Source: a virus (Duplodnaviria; Heunggongvirae; Uroviricota; Caudoviricetes). From it: DNA of 64,000 nucleotides. The stretch lies in the IMG/VR virus record IMGVR_UViG_3300042006_000037; one strand, 5' to 3'. Shown here in pieces: positions 28,649 through 35,135 of the stretch. A program made the translations under genes and the position numbers. The notes under the pieces were generated by a model, which saw only the letters and a list, made by a program, of their open reading frames with translations, made no database searches and was not told the origin of the DNA. The stretch's first letter is position 1; each line of letters begins with the position of its first letter.

Positions 28649-28836
28649 ACCATATTCCTCAAGATGTCGTAAACGTAAATGTCCTTGGTACAATAATCCA
28701 TCATTGGACAACCTGTGTCAACAGAATTCATCAAATGAGTGTAGTAAGCAGCAACGTGACTGCTCAGAACCTTGCGTTGCTTAACAGGGCTGACTCGACC
28801 ACCCATTTCATTTAATCCTTGTTGACTGTCACACAA
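28645..28836 (-). CDS. hypothetical protein, 63 aa
   Basis: ORF-track ORF. Translationally coupled. Confidence 0.45.
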   Translation of the reverse strand: MCDSQQGLNEMGGRVSPVKQRKVLSSHVAAYYTHLMNSVDTGCPMMDYCTKDIYVYDILRNMV

Positions 28837-29036
28837 AGGTACATTTCATAATCTGACGAGTCATAACAACAAGAGCAACCATCAACCTTCAGATTTTCAG
28901 GAGAGATTGTAACCTCATCAATAGTCACGCAACCAAAATGTGAACAGGCTCGCTCCAATAGGTCATCCATGTTTATCGTTCCAAAGTTACCAATTGGGAT
29001 GTAGAGTTGATTTGCATCACTTACAGGTCTGCTCAT
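28812..29036 (-). CDS. hypothetical Cys-rich protein, 74 aa
   Basis: ORF-track ORF. Contains CSHFGC..GCSCC. Confidence 0.45.
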   Translation of the reverse strand: MSRPVSDANQLYIPIGNFGTINMDDLLERACSHFGCVTIDEVTISPENLKVDGCSCCYDSSDYEMYLCVTVNKD

Positions 29037-29284
29037 TTCAATTTCTCCAACGGAATCAAGTCAGTGAGTGGGCGTTTCAAAACTGCAACGCCTTTACTTT
29101 TAGTATTCCAGTTCTTAGCCGGTGGTGACCAAGGGTATTCGTCAATTGCGTCAGCCCAATAATCACAGAGAGTGTACCACAATCCATCTTCAAGTCTATA
29201 CCAACATTCAGGCCACTGGTCTGTTTCTGGAGCCCAATGTGTGGCATTCTTTGGAGCGTTTTGCGGATTGGTTGGCTTATTCAC
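29033..29284 (-). CDS. hypothetical Trp-rich protein, 83 aa
   Basis: ORF-track ORF. ATGA overlap downstream. Confidence 0.45.
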   Translation of the reverse strand: MNKPTNPQNAPKNATHWAPETDQWPECWYRLEDGLWYTLCDYWADAIDEYPWSPPAKNWNTKSKGVAVLKRPLTDLIPLEKLK

Positions 29285-29442
29285 TTCTGTTCTCCATTCT
29301 TCAATGCGTAGTAGGCTTCAAGTAATTCTTCAAAATCAGAAACCTTAACCCAGTCACCATTTGCAAAAGGAGGGCACACCTGAAGCTTTCCACAAATATT
29401 GACGTAGTACAGGACGTTGTTGGGGTTGTATTCGGTAGTCAT
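29281..29442 (-). CDS. first gene of leftward early operon, 53 aa
   Basis: ATG (MTTEYNPNN...) has AAAGGAG 8 nt upstream and sits ~25 nt downstream of the minus-strand promoter. The listed ORF extends to 29490 without an SD. Confidence 0.5.
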   Translation of the reverse strand: MTTEYNPNNVLYYVNICGKLQVCPPFANGDWVKVSDFEELLEAYYALKNGEQK

Positions 29443-29467
29443 CTGGTTTCTCCTTTGGAATGTCGCC

Positions 29468-29495
29468 ATCATACACCACCAATTCAGCATGTCAA
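29468..29495 (-). promoter_or_regulatory. leftward early promoter (TTGACA-16-TATGAT)
   Basis: Reverse complement reads TTGACAtgctgaattggtggtgTATGAT, then an SD and the ATG of the first leftward gene. Confidence 0.6.
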
Positions 29496-29500
29496 GCCTA

Positions 29501-29529
29501 TTGACAAAATCAGTTCACATCTGTAGAAT
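29501..29529 (+). promoter_or_regulatory. rightward early promoter (TTGACA-17-TAGAAT, TG-extended -10)
   Basis: ttgacaaaatcagttcacatcTGTAGAAT. Its -35 lies back-to-back with the leftward promoter's -35. Confidence 0.65.
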
Positions 29530-29535
29530 GGGCAA

Positions 29536-29866
29536 CCTTGAAGCAGATAAAGCTTCTCGCACTGAGAGAGAAATGTCATAACCACTCACCGACTCAGTGT
29601 TAAAGGCAAGAAGAAAGCAGGCCAACATAATGTGGAAGTGATCCCTAACGGGACCAGATACGACATTGCAGGCATCGGCAACGGTGTAAGCGTATCTCGG
29701 GAGAAAGGTGTTGCTACCTTATCCTATCTCGTGTACTTTGTGTACATGCCTGATGAATCAGGATGCTAGCTACGGTGAGCATGAAGATGACTCCTTGGTT
29801 CCCGATTGTGGAACCCCTTAGGGGAAGTCTATCTATACTACAACAATGAGCATATGGGAGAAGCAA
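29536..29866 (+). ncRNA. candidate noncoding RNA / long structured 5' leader (~330 nt)
   Basis: Lies between a near-consensus promoter and the first SD-preceded ORF (29868). No credible ORF on either strand. Several perfect local hairpins (CCTGATgaATCAGG, GGTTCCcgattgtGGAACC, CCCCttaGGGG). Confidence 0.3.
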
Positions 29867-29867
29867 T

Positions 29868-30023
29868 ATGTGTGATGATCTTAAGATACAATTTGAAAGT
29901 GATATGAAAGATTTTGATCTTGACTTCACCTTGAATGGATGTGGTGTGAAGTATTTGAAAGGTAAAACACGAATTGCATATGATGCGTTCATTCGGGGGT
30001 ATCATATGGGTTTGAGAGGTTGA
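29868..30023 (+). CDS. hypothetical protein, 51 aa (not in ORF track)
   Basis: GGGAGA SD 6 nt before the ATG. Translates MCDDLKIQFESDMKDFDLDFTLNGCGVKYLKGKTRIAYDAFIRGYHMGLRG. Ends 4 nt before the next ATG. Confidence 0.45.
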   Translation: MCDDLKIQFESDMKDFDLDFTLNGCGVKYLKGKTRIAYDAFIRGYHMGLRG

Positions 30024-30026
30024 AAA

Positions 30027-30221
30027 ATGGAAAGACCAGAAACAGACTTATGGGAAAAGAGTTATAGACAAGACATGTTAGATTGGTGTACATGGAATGT
30101 CAGGAATACAAAGATTGACAACCTTCCTGAATTTATGAGATGGTTCATGCAGCAAGAACGAGGTAAGATGAATCCACAATACATAATTGATGCATGGCAG
30201 GAGACACAATGTGTTCAGTAA
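30027..30221 (+). CDS. hypothetical protein, 64 aa
   Basis: ORF-track ORF with gaaaaATGG context. Confidence 0.45.
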   Translation: MERPETDLWEKSYRQDMLDWCTWNVRNTKIDNLPEFMRWFMQQERGKMNPQYIIDAWQETQCVQ

Positions 30222-30543
30222 TTTTAGTGATAAAGAGATTGACAAGCTGTATGAGATGAGACACATTGATGCTTACGAAATGCTTGTAGATACAGACGGT
30301 TGGTCTAAATGTGGTCGCTGTGGTGTTCATCCTCGAAGCTGGCGATTCAATAACGGTAGTTGGGCAACATGCCTTTGCTTCAGGAAGTATGAAGAACATC
30401 CGGTACGAACTGAATCAGTGTTGTCTGTATTGAAACGAACAGGGTTGACAGCAGAATACATACCAGATAACCTTCGCATCAGTTGGAACAAGTTTGCAGC
30501 AGATGGTGTGATGAGAAACAAACTTCCTGAAGGGCAATGGTGA
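30187..30543 (+). CDS. hypothetical Cys-containing protein, 118 aa (alternative GTG start at 30211)
   Basis: ORF-track ORF. GGAGAC SD is 5 nt before GTG 30211. Contains CGRCGVHP...CLCF. Confidence 0.45.
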   Translation: MMHGRRHNVFSNFSDKEIDKLYEMRHIDAYEMLVDTDGWSKCGRCGVHPRSWRFNNGSWATCLCFRKYEEHPVRTESVLSVLKRTGLTAEYIPDNLRISWNKFAADGVMRNKLPEGQW

Positions 30544-30836
30544 TGTCAACAGTAAACGATAAGCTTGACCAAATGCATAAAATGATTCAAGCTATTACCG
30601 CTGTTGTGACTGAAGCACACGGTGGTTGCAGTGAGGCTACACAACACCTTGAGTACATGACTATCGTTCTTGACGATATGATGACACCTACTGTGATTAC
30701 AACGGACATGGTTAGAGAGTTGCGTCAACGTACAGGTGAGGGTATGATGTCGTGTCACAAGGCTCTCAAGCACTCTGACGGCGATATGGATAAAGCAGTT
30801 GACTATCTCAGAAGCTCAGGTACACTTTGCATCTAA
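30537..30836 (+). CDS. hypothetical protein, 99 aa
   Basis: ORF-track ORF. Its start overlaps the previous stop. Confidence 0.45.
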   Translation: MVMSTVNDKLDQMHKMIQAITAVVTEAHGGCSEATQHLEYMTIVLDDMMTPTVITTDMVRELRQRTGEGMMSCHKALKHSDGDMDKAVDYLRSSGTLCI

Positions 30837-30861
30837 CCAACAGATTGACAGGAGAAATTAA

Positions 30862-31200
30862 GTGGCGTATCGTAAGCTTGAAATTGATGACAAGGTAAAG
30901 ATTATTAATCCGGGTTTCAACAACCATGGATCGTTTGGGGTTGTAACTGATTTGATAGGTGATACAGCGTTAGTACACTACACCTTGTGGGAGTCACATC
31001 GCCAGCATGAAACAAATTGTGTGTTTCCATTCAGCAAGCTTTTACTCTCTACTGGCAAGCCAACATACACTCCTGAAGATGAACGTGAAATCTGGGGTGA
31101 AGTCAATCATGACGATGTAGAGTTGTACAAAGGTAATCTGCTTGAGCGAATTTTAAAACTTGAACAAGAAGTGCTTGACTTGAAGAAACGACTAGCGTAG
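30862..31200 (+). CDS. hypothetical protein, 112 aa (GTG start)
   Basis: AGGAGA SD 6 nt before the GTG. C-terminal coiled coil. Confidence 0.45.
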   Translation: MAYRKLEIDDKVKIINPGFNNHGSFGVVTDLIGDTALVHYTLWESHRQHETNCVFPFSKLLLSTGKPTYTPEDEREIWGEVNHDDVELYKGNLLERILKLEQEVLDLKKRLA

Positions 31201-31224
31201 AATTCAAACCGTAAAGATCATAAA

Positions 31225-31333
31225 GACACGGTGATGGAATTGGTAGACAGACTGGAGGATTCAGTATACGGTGACAGTTACTGATGATACTGGGGCTGAA
31301 AAGCATGTGGGTTCGACTCCCACCCGTGCCACC
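31225..31333 (+). tRNA. atypical tRNA-like element (possible tRNA gene or tRNA 3' fragment)
   Basis: D-loop-like GGAATTGGTAGAC. Canonical T-arm GTGGG-TTCGACT-CCCAC, then acceptor 3' strand CCGTGCC-A. The only 5' partner GACACGG (one A:C mismatch) gives ~107 nt, too long for a standard cloverleaf. ACGGTGA is directly repeated at 31228 and 31268. Confidence 0.4.
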
Positions 31334-31507
31334 TTACATGTTACAACATTCCAACCAAAACCATTAGGGGATAATTGTGGAGAAGGCTTTGAAAGCACAA
31401 CAGGATCGCAATGTACAACGTGAACAAGATCAAAAGGTAATGGCTTCAATTTTGAATCAACTTGATTCGATCCCAAATGAGTTTAAAATCAAGCGTTAAA
31501 ATAGTTG

Positions 31508-31536
31508 TTGACACACTAATCTGACTTCCGTATAAT
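31508..31536 (+). promoter_or_regulatory. sigma70 consensus promoter (TTGACA-17-TATAAT)
   Basis: ttgacacactaatctgacttccgtataat with perfect hexamers. Drives the SPFH operon. Confidence 0.65.
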
Positions 31537-31571
31537 GGGCGTCACACAAACGATGTACTAAGGAGAATAGT

Positions 31572-32468
31572 TTGAAATTTAGCAATCTGATCAAAGCTTC
31601 CGCATTGGCACTGGCTGCAACCCTGATGGTTGGTTGTGGTGAGCGAGTTGAAGTTCCACCGGGCTTTGTCGGCAAGATCATGACAAAAGATGGTTACCAA
31701 GAAGGTTTGATTCCAACTTCGAAGCTTCGTCTTCCATTCTGTAATGCTTACTGTGATCGTCTGGTAGTACTGGACACCACCGACAAGTCTTATGTTGAAC
31801 CGATGGAAATCTTCATTCCCGGCGACAAGCTGATTGTAAAGGTTGATCTGCGTGCAACGCTGTCTGTTGACCCAACCAAAGCTGAAGCAATGTTCAACAA
31901 GCTTCCTCAAGTTGCAGAGACTGACCAATTCAGTAAGATTTCTGCTGAGTCGATCTACGGGACATATGGTCGTCAGGTGTTGCAAGCTGAAGTTCGTTCG
32001 TACCTGACTCGATACACCATTTCCGAAATTGCTTCGAATGGTGAGAAGATCAACGCTGACATTCAGGTGATTCTGTCTAAGGTAATGTCTGAGCGTACAC
32101 CGTTTACTGTACGATATGCTGGTTTGACCAACATTAAGTACCCACCAATCATCACCGAAGCACAAGAGAACAGTGCAAAACGTCGTGAGATGATCGCTCA
32201 GGAAGAAGCAGCACTCGAAGTAAGCAAGGTTCAACTGTCTCGTGAACTGCAAGAAGCCAAGATGCAGCGTGCAATTGACAAAGAGAAAGCTGAGACAGAA
32301 GCTCAAGCACAAATGGTATTGGCAGCCGCTGTAGATCCTCGCTCCCTGCGTATCAAAGAGCTTGAGATTCAGAAGATTCTGGCTGAGAAGTGGGATGGTG
32401 GTCTGCCGCAAACAATCATGGGTGGTGACGGTAATATCCCAATGATCATGGACATGCGTAACAAGTAA
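31572..32468 (+). CDS. SPFH/band-7 (stomatin/prohibitin/HflKC-like) domain lipoprotein, 298 aa (TTG start)
   Basis: AAGGAG 7 nt before the TTG. Signal peptide plus lipobox LMVGCG. SPFH-like core followed by a long charged coiled-coil (EEAALEVSKVQLSRELQEAKMQRAIDKEKAETEAQAQ). Confidence 0.6.
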   Translation: MKFSNLIKASALALAATLMVGCGERVEVPPGFVGKIMTKDGYQEGLIPTSKLRLPFCNAYCDRLVVLDTTDKSYVEPMEIFIPGDKLIVKVDLRATLSVDPTKAEAMFNKLPQVAETDQFSKISAESIYGTYGRQVLQAEVRSYLTRYTISEIASNGEKINADIQVILSKVMSERTPFTVRYAGLTNIKYPPIITEAQENSAKRREMIAQEEAALEVSKVQLSRELQEAKMQRAIDKEKAETEAQAQMVLAAAVDPRSLRIKELEIQKILAEKWDGGLPQTIMGGDGNIPMIMDMRNK

Positions 32469-32532
32469 TCGTGTAAGACTGAATATGAGCGGCTGTCAAT
32501 ATGCGGTCGCTCATTAAACTAAGGAGTTTGAC

Positions 32533-32736
32533 ATGCTTGGTAAGATTCTTGTAACTAGACCGTTTGGTGAGATTGAGGAACTAGGTGGTGACCCGGATGG
32601 TTTGGGTATTGGCTGTGAGGTTGTAGTGAGTGGTGTTGACTGTGAGTATGTCTACATTGATGGTGAAACATATACTTTGGAACCAGACGGTCGTGGTTTG
32701 AGTTGGAAAACATTCTTCACAGCTAAGGAGTTGTAA
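32533..32736 (+). CDS. small beta-rich protein, possible NfeD-like OB/beta-barrel partner of the SPFH protein, 67 aa
   Basis: AAGGAG SD. GEIEELGGDPDGLGIGCEVVVSGVDCEYVYIDGETYTLE resembles the NfeD C-terminal beta-barrel pattern. Operon partner of the SPFH gene. Confidence 0.4.
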   Translation: MLGKILVTRPFGEIEELGGDPDGLGIGCEVVVSGVDCEYVYIDGETYTLEPDGRGLSWKTFFTAKEL

Positions 32737-33062
32737 TGGTTTTCCTGATTAACATAGTTCCATTTCTGATTATCTTCTTTGGTGGACTTGTCATTTGCTT
32801 CGTACCGGGATGGAAGCGTAAAGTTGGTACTGCACTGATCGCTCTTGGTCTAATCGTTCTTTACAATCAAATCCAACCAAGTTACATACCGAAGGGTACA
32901 GTCAAAGCACTTCCAAACACAGCGTTCCACACAGTTGACAAACCAATTGTTGATCTGTTGCTGAAACCGAAATCAGCTACCGAGTATGACGCTGAACGTA
33001 ACAAGGCACTTGAAGAAATTGACAATAGCATTAACCAACAAATTAAATTGAATAAGGAGTAA
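32736..33062 (+). CDS. membrane protein (2 TMDs), 108 aa
   Basis: ATG overlaps the upstream TAA. TMDs IVPFLIIFFGGLVICFV and GTALIALGLIVLY. Confidence 0.5.
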   Translation: MVFLINIVPFLIIFFGGLVICFVPGWKRKVGTALIALGLIVLYNQIQPSYIPKGTVKALPNTAFHTVDKPIVDLLLKPKSATEYDAERNKALEEIDNSINQQIKLNKE

Positions 33063-33066
33063 CAAC

Positions 33067-33195
33067 ATGGGTAAAATCTTCTACGAACAAGCACATCCAC
33101 AAGGCACCACCCAAACCGCTGGTCACAAAGCATTCAAGGTGTCTGCACCAAAGAGTCGTAAACGTGGTCGTGGTAACGTTCAAGTAAGCGCATAA
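33067..33195 (+). CDS. small basic protein, 42 aa, high-expression codon usage (not in ORF track)
   Basis: AAGGAG SD. Translates MGKIFYEQAHPQGTTQTAGHKAFKVSAPKSRKRGRGNVQVSA. A terminator follows directly. Confidence 0.45.
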   Translation: MGKIFYEQAHPQGTTQTAGHKAFKVSAPKSRKRGRGNVQVSA

Positions 33196-33199
33196 GATG

Positions 33200-33238
33200 A
33201 AGCCCCACACAATGATTGCATTGGGTGGGGCTTTTTCA
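33200..33238 (+). terminator. rho-independent terminator ending the SPFH operon
   Basis: GCCCCAC-16 nt-GTGGGGC stem followed by TTTTTC. Confidence 0.7.
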
Positions 33239-33264
33239 TTCCTGAAATAAAGTGAAATCAAGGG

Positions 33265-33293
33265 TTGACAGGAATGTCCACCGACTGTAGAAT
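33265..33293 (+). promoter_or_regulatory. sigma70 promoter (TTGACA-17-TAGAAT, TG-extended)
   Basis: ttgacaggaatgtccaccgacTGTAGAAT. Confidence 0.6.
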
Positions 33294-33322
33294 GACGACA
33301 TCAACCAATAGAGACTACAATC

Positions 33323-33508
33323 ATGACACTCGAAGAGATGATGGAATCCTTTGAAGCTTGGTATACAGACGCTTATGTGGTGCGCTCTGGAGCGCGTGGA
33401 CGAGCTAGTCGTCACCTTACCAAGCATGACGGTCAATACATCTCTGATCATGCTGCTGAGTGCTTCACGGTGTGGTATGCAGCAATGAACCTGAGGATTA
33501 GCAAATGA
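33323..33508 (+). CDS. hypothetical protein, 61 aa
   Basis: ORF-track ORF downstream of the promoter. Confidence 0.45.
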   Translation: MTLEEMMESFEAWYTDAYVVRSGARGRASRHLTKHDGQYISDHAAECFTVWYAAMNLRISK

Positions 33509-33753
33509 AATACGTGGTTACTGAAAGAGAAGATGGTAAAGAAGAATTGTTCATGTTTCCAAAGCATATCAACCACGATGACTTCGCTGAAGTGTTAAGT
33601 CACATCAAAGTCCACACGAGTTTCCGTGACTGGGAGCGTCAGTACCGAAAGCCTATTGCTGCTGGTTTCACCGATGGTAAGTATTGCACAGGTCGCAGTG
33701 AAACCCTTAACCTCGACTCTCGTGGTCGTCTTGATGAAATGTTGATTGGGTGA
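33505..33753 (+). CDS. hypothetical protein, 82 aa
   Basis: ORF-track ORF with ATGA overlap. Confidence 0.45.
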   Translation: MKYVVTEREDGKEELFMFPKHINHDDFAEVLSHIKVHTSFRDWERQYRKPIAAGFTDGKYCTGRSETLNLDSRGRLDEMLIG

Positions 33754-34195
33754 TATGATGAGTCTTTTTGAAAAGCAATACGGTATGAAAGATTTCAAGG
33801 AACTGCTTGAAAAGCGTCTGAAAGAATGTGATGACCCTATGAACATTCCGTTTGGTTGTGATCCATACAGTCAGTCTTCGATAAATCGACGAATGCAGCA
33901 AAAGGCAACGTATAGCTATGTTCTGGAGATGTTACCCGAGCAGATCGAGATTGCTCGATACTCTCAACGGCTTGTTGCCCAACATCGTAGTGAAATTGAA
34001 CAATTGAAATTGAATGCTGAGCGTTACGAGAAACTCCGTCAATGGATGTCAAGCGGTGTACAAGAGGGTTGGGGTGAGGTTACACAGCTTGGAGCGATTG
34101 CCCAATACCTTAGTTGGGATGACTTCGATAAGCAGCTTGACAGTCTTCCTGCTTGCAACCTTGGACTATGTGAGGTACGCGATGAAAGATCATGA
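33746..34195 (+). CDS. hypothetical protein, 149 aa
   Basis: ORF-track ORF. Confidence 0.45.
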   Translation: MGDMMSLFEKQYGMKDFKELLEKRLKECDDPMNIPFGCDPYSQSSINRRMQQKATYSYVLEMLPEQIEIARYSQRLVAQHRSEIEQLKLNAERYEKLRQWMSSGVQEGWGEVTQLGAIAQYLSWDDFDKQLDSLPACNLGLCEVRDERS

Positions 34196-34305
34196 GTTCC
34201 GTGAACAGGTGAATGAGTTACTTGAGCTTGTGAAGACCTATGGTCACACTCAGCAACTTAGAACACATCTGCGTACATTCTTGTATCAATTCAAGGAGAA
34301 AGCTT

Positions 34306-34566
34306 ATGAGTAGATTGAGATGTCATGAACTGGATCGCAAAGATGAACTTAATTCTATCCTGTTCAATCGTGGACTTTCTTACTACAAAGAAGAGAGAGT
34401 CAGACTTGAGAGCGCAGCACTCGAAGCTGTGAATAAGCTTCAGGAATATGATGCTGCCGTTAAACGTCAAGATAGATGGATTAGGCTTTTGAAAGATTCG
34501 TTGGTTCATCATTGGATTGATAATCCAGACGCATACATTAAAGAATGGGAAGCTAACAATGAGTGA
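34306..34566 (+). CDS. hypothetical protein, 86 aa
   Basis: AAGGAG 8 nt before the ATG at M23 of listed ORF 34240..34566. Confidence 0.45.
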   Translation: MSRLRCHELDRKDELNSILFNRGLSYYKEERVRLESAALEAVNKLQEYDAAVKRQDRWIRLLKDSLVHHWIDNPDAYIKEWEANNE

Positions 34567-34732
34567 TCAAGCGTGGGCATTGCAAGCTATGTTCAAATAC
34601 AGGTTGCAAGTAGACTTCAGCCGACGTACTATTGAATGCCGTGGGTATAACCATTATTGGTGTTGGGATGATGTTGATATTGACTTCTATCAAGCACTCC
34701 ATTCAGCAATTAAAGATATCGAGAAATACTAA
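34559..34732 (+). CDS. hypothetical Trp/Cys-containing protein, 57 aa
   Basis: ATG at M15 of listed ORF 34517..34732. Confidence 0.4.
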   Translation: MSDQAWALQAMFKYRLQVDFSRRTIECRGYNHYWCWDDVDIDFYQALHSAIKDIEKY

Positions 34733-34887
34733 TGATTAAAGTTATTCGTTTCCTGCTTGGTCTTTGCGATCACAAATGGGTTGTATTAAGAACTGGCAAT
34801 GTTGTAAGTGGTAATTCACACGTTGGATTCTGGACTTATTCATCTTGTGATAAATGTGGTAAACGTAAATACAAACAACAATGTTGA
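34732..34887 (+). CDS. small zinc-ribbon-like protein, 51 aa (not in ORF track)
   Basis: TAATG overlap. Translates MIKVIRFLLGLCDHKWVVLRTGNVVSGNSHVGFWTYSSCDKCGKRKYKQQC (CxH...CxxC). Confidence 0.4.
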   Translation: MIKVIRFLLGLCDHKWVVLRTGNVVSGNSHVGFWTYSSCDKCGKRKYKQQC

Positions 34888-35123
34888 GAAACAATATGAA
34901 ATTTGATCTTACCAAGATTGACCTGCAAATGATGAAAGACATTGATAACCTTGAAGACAACCATGGTAATAAAGGTGTTGTCTGGATGCGTGATGATTGG
35001 TTGTCGATGCGAGGTTATTCTTTCTATAGTGATCGTGCACAGTATGATTTTGCTGAGCTTGTTGCACAATTAAAAGAAGTTATGGTACATGAGGGTTATG
35101 AGTTTAACTGCGACAAATACTAG
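34881..35123 (+). CDS. hypothetical protein, 80 aa
   Basis: ORF-track ORF. Confidence 0.4.
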   Translation: MLRNNMKFDLTKIDLQMMKDIDNLEDNHGNKGVVWMRDDWLSMRGYSFYSDRAQYDFAELVAQLKEVMVHEGYEFNCDKY

Positions 35124-35135
35124 AGGAGAGATTGT

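Noticed and set aside
29714-29992. 92-aa antisense ORF within the candidate ncRNA region
   Set aside because: No SD, low-complexity sequence, opposite to a strong promoter's transcript. More likely noncoding.
31225-31333. Attempt to fold the tRNA-like element into a standard or type-II cloverleaf
   Set aside because: I could not place a D-stem and anticodon arm consistent with the T-arm/acceptor. The call is reported as atypical and low-confidence rather than as a named tRNA isotype.
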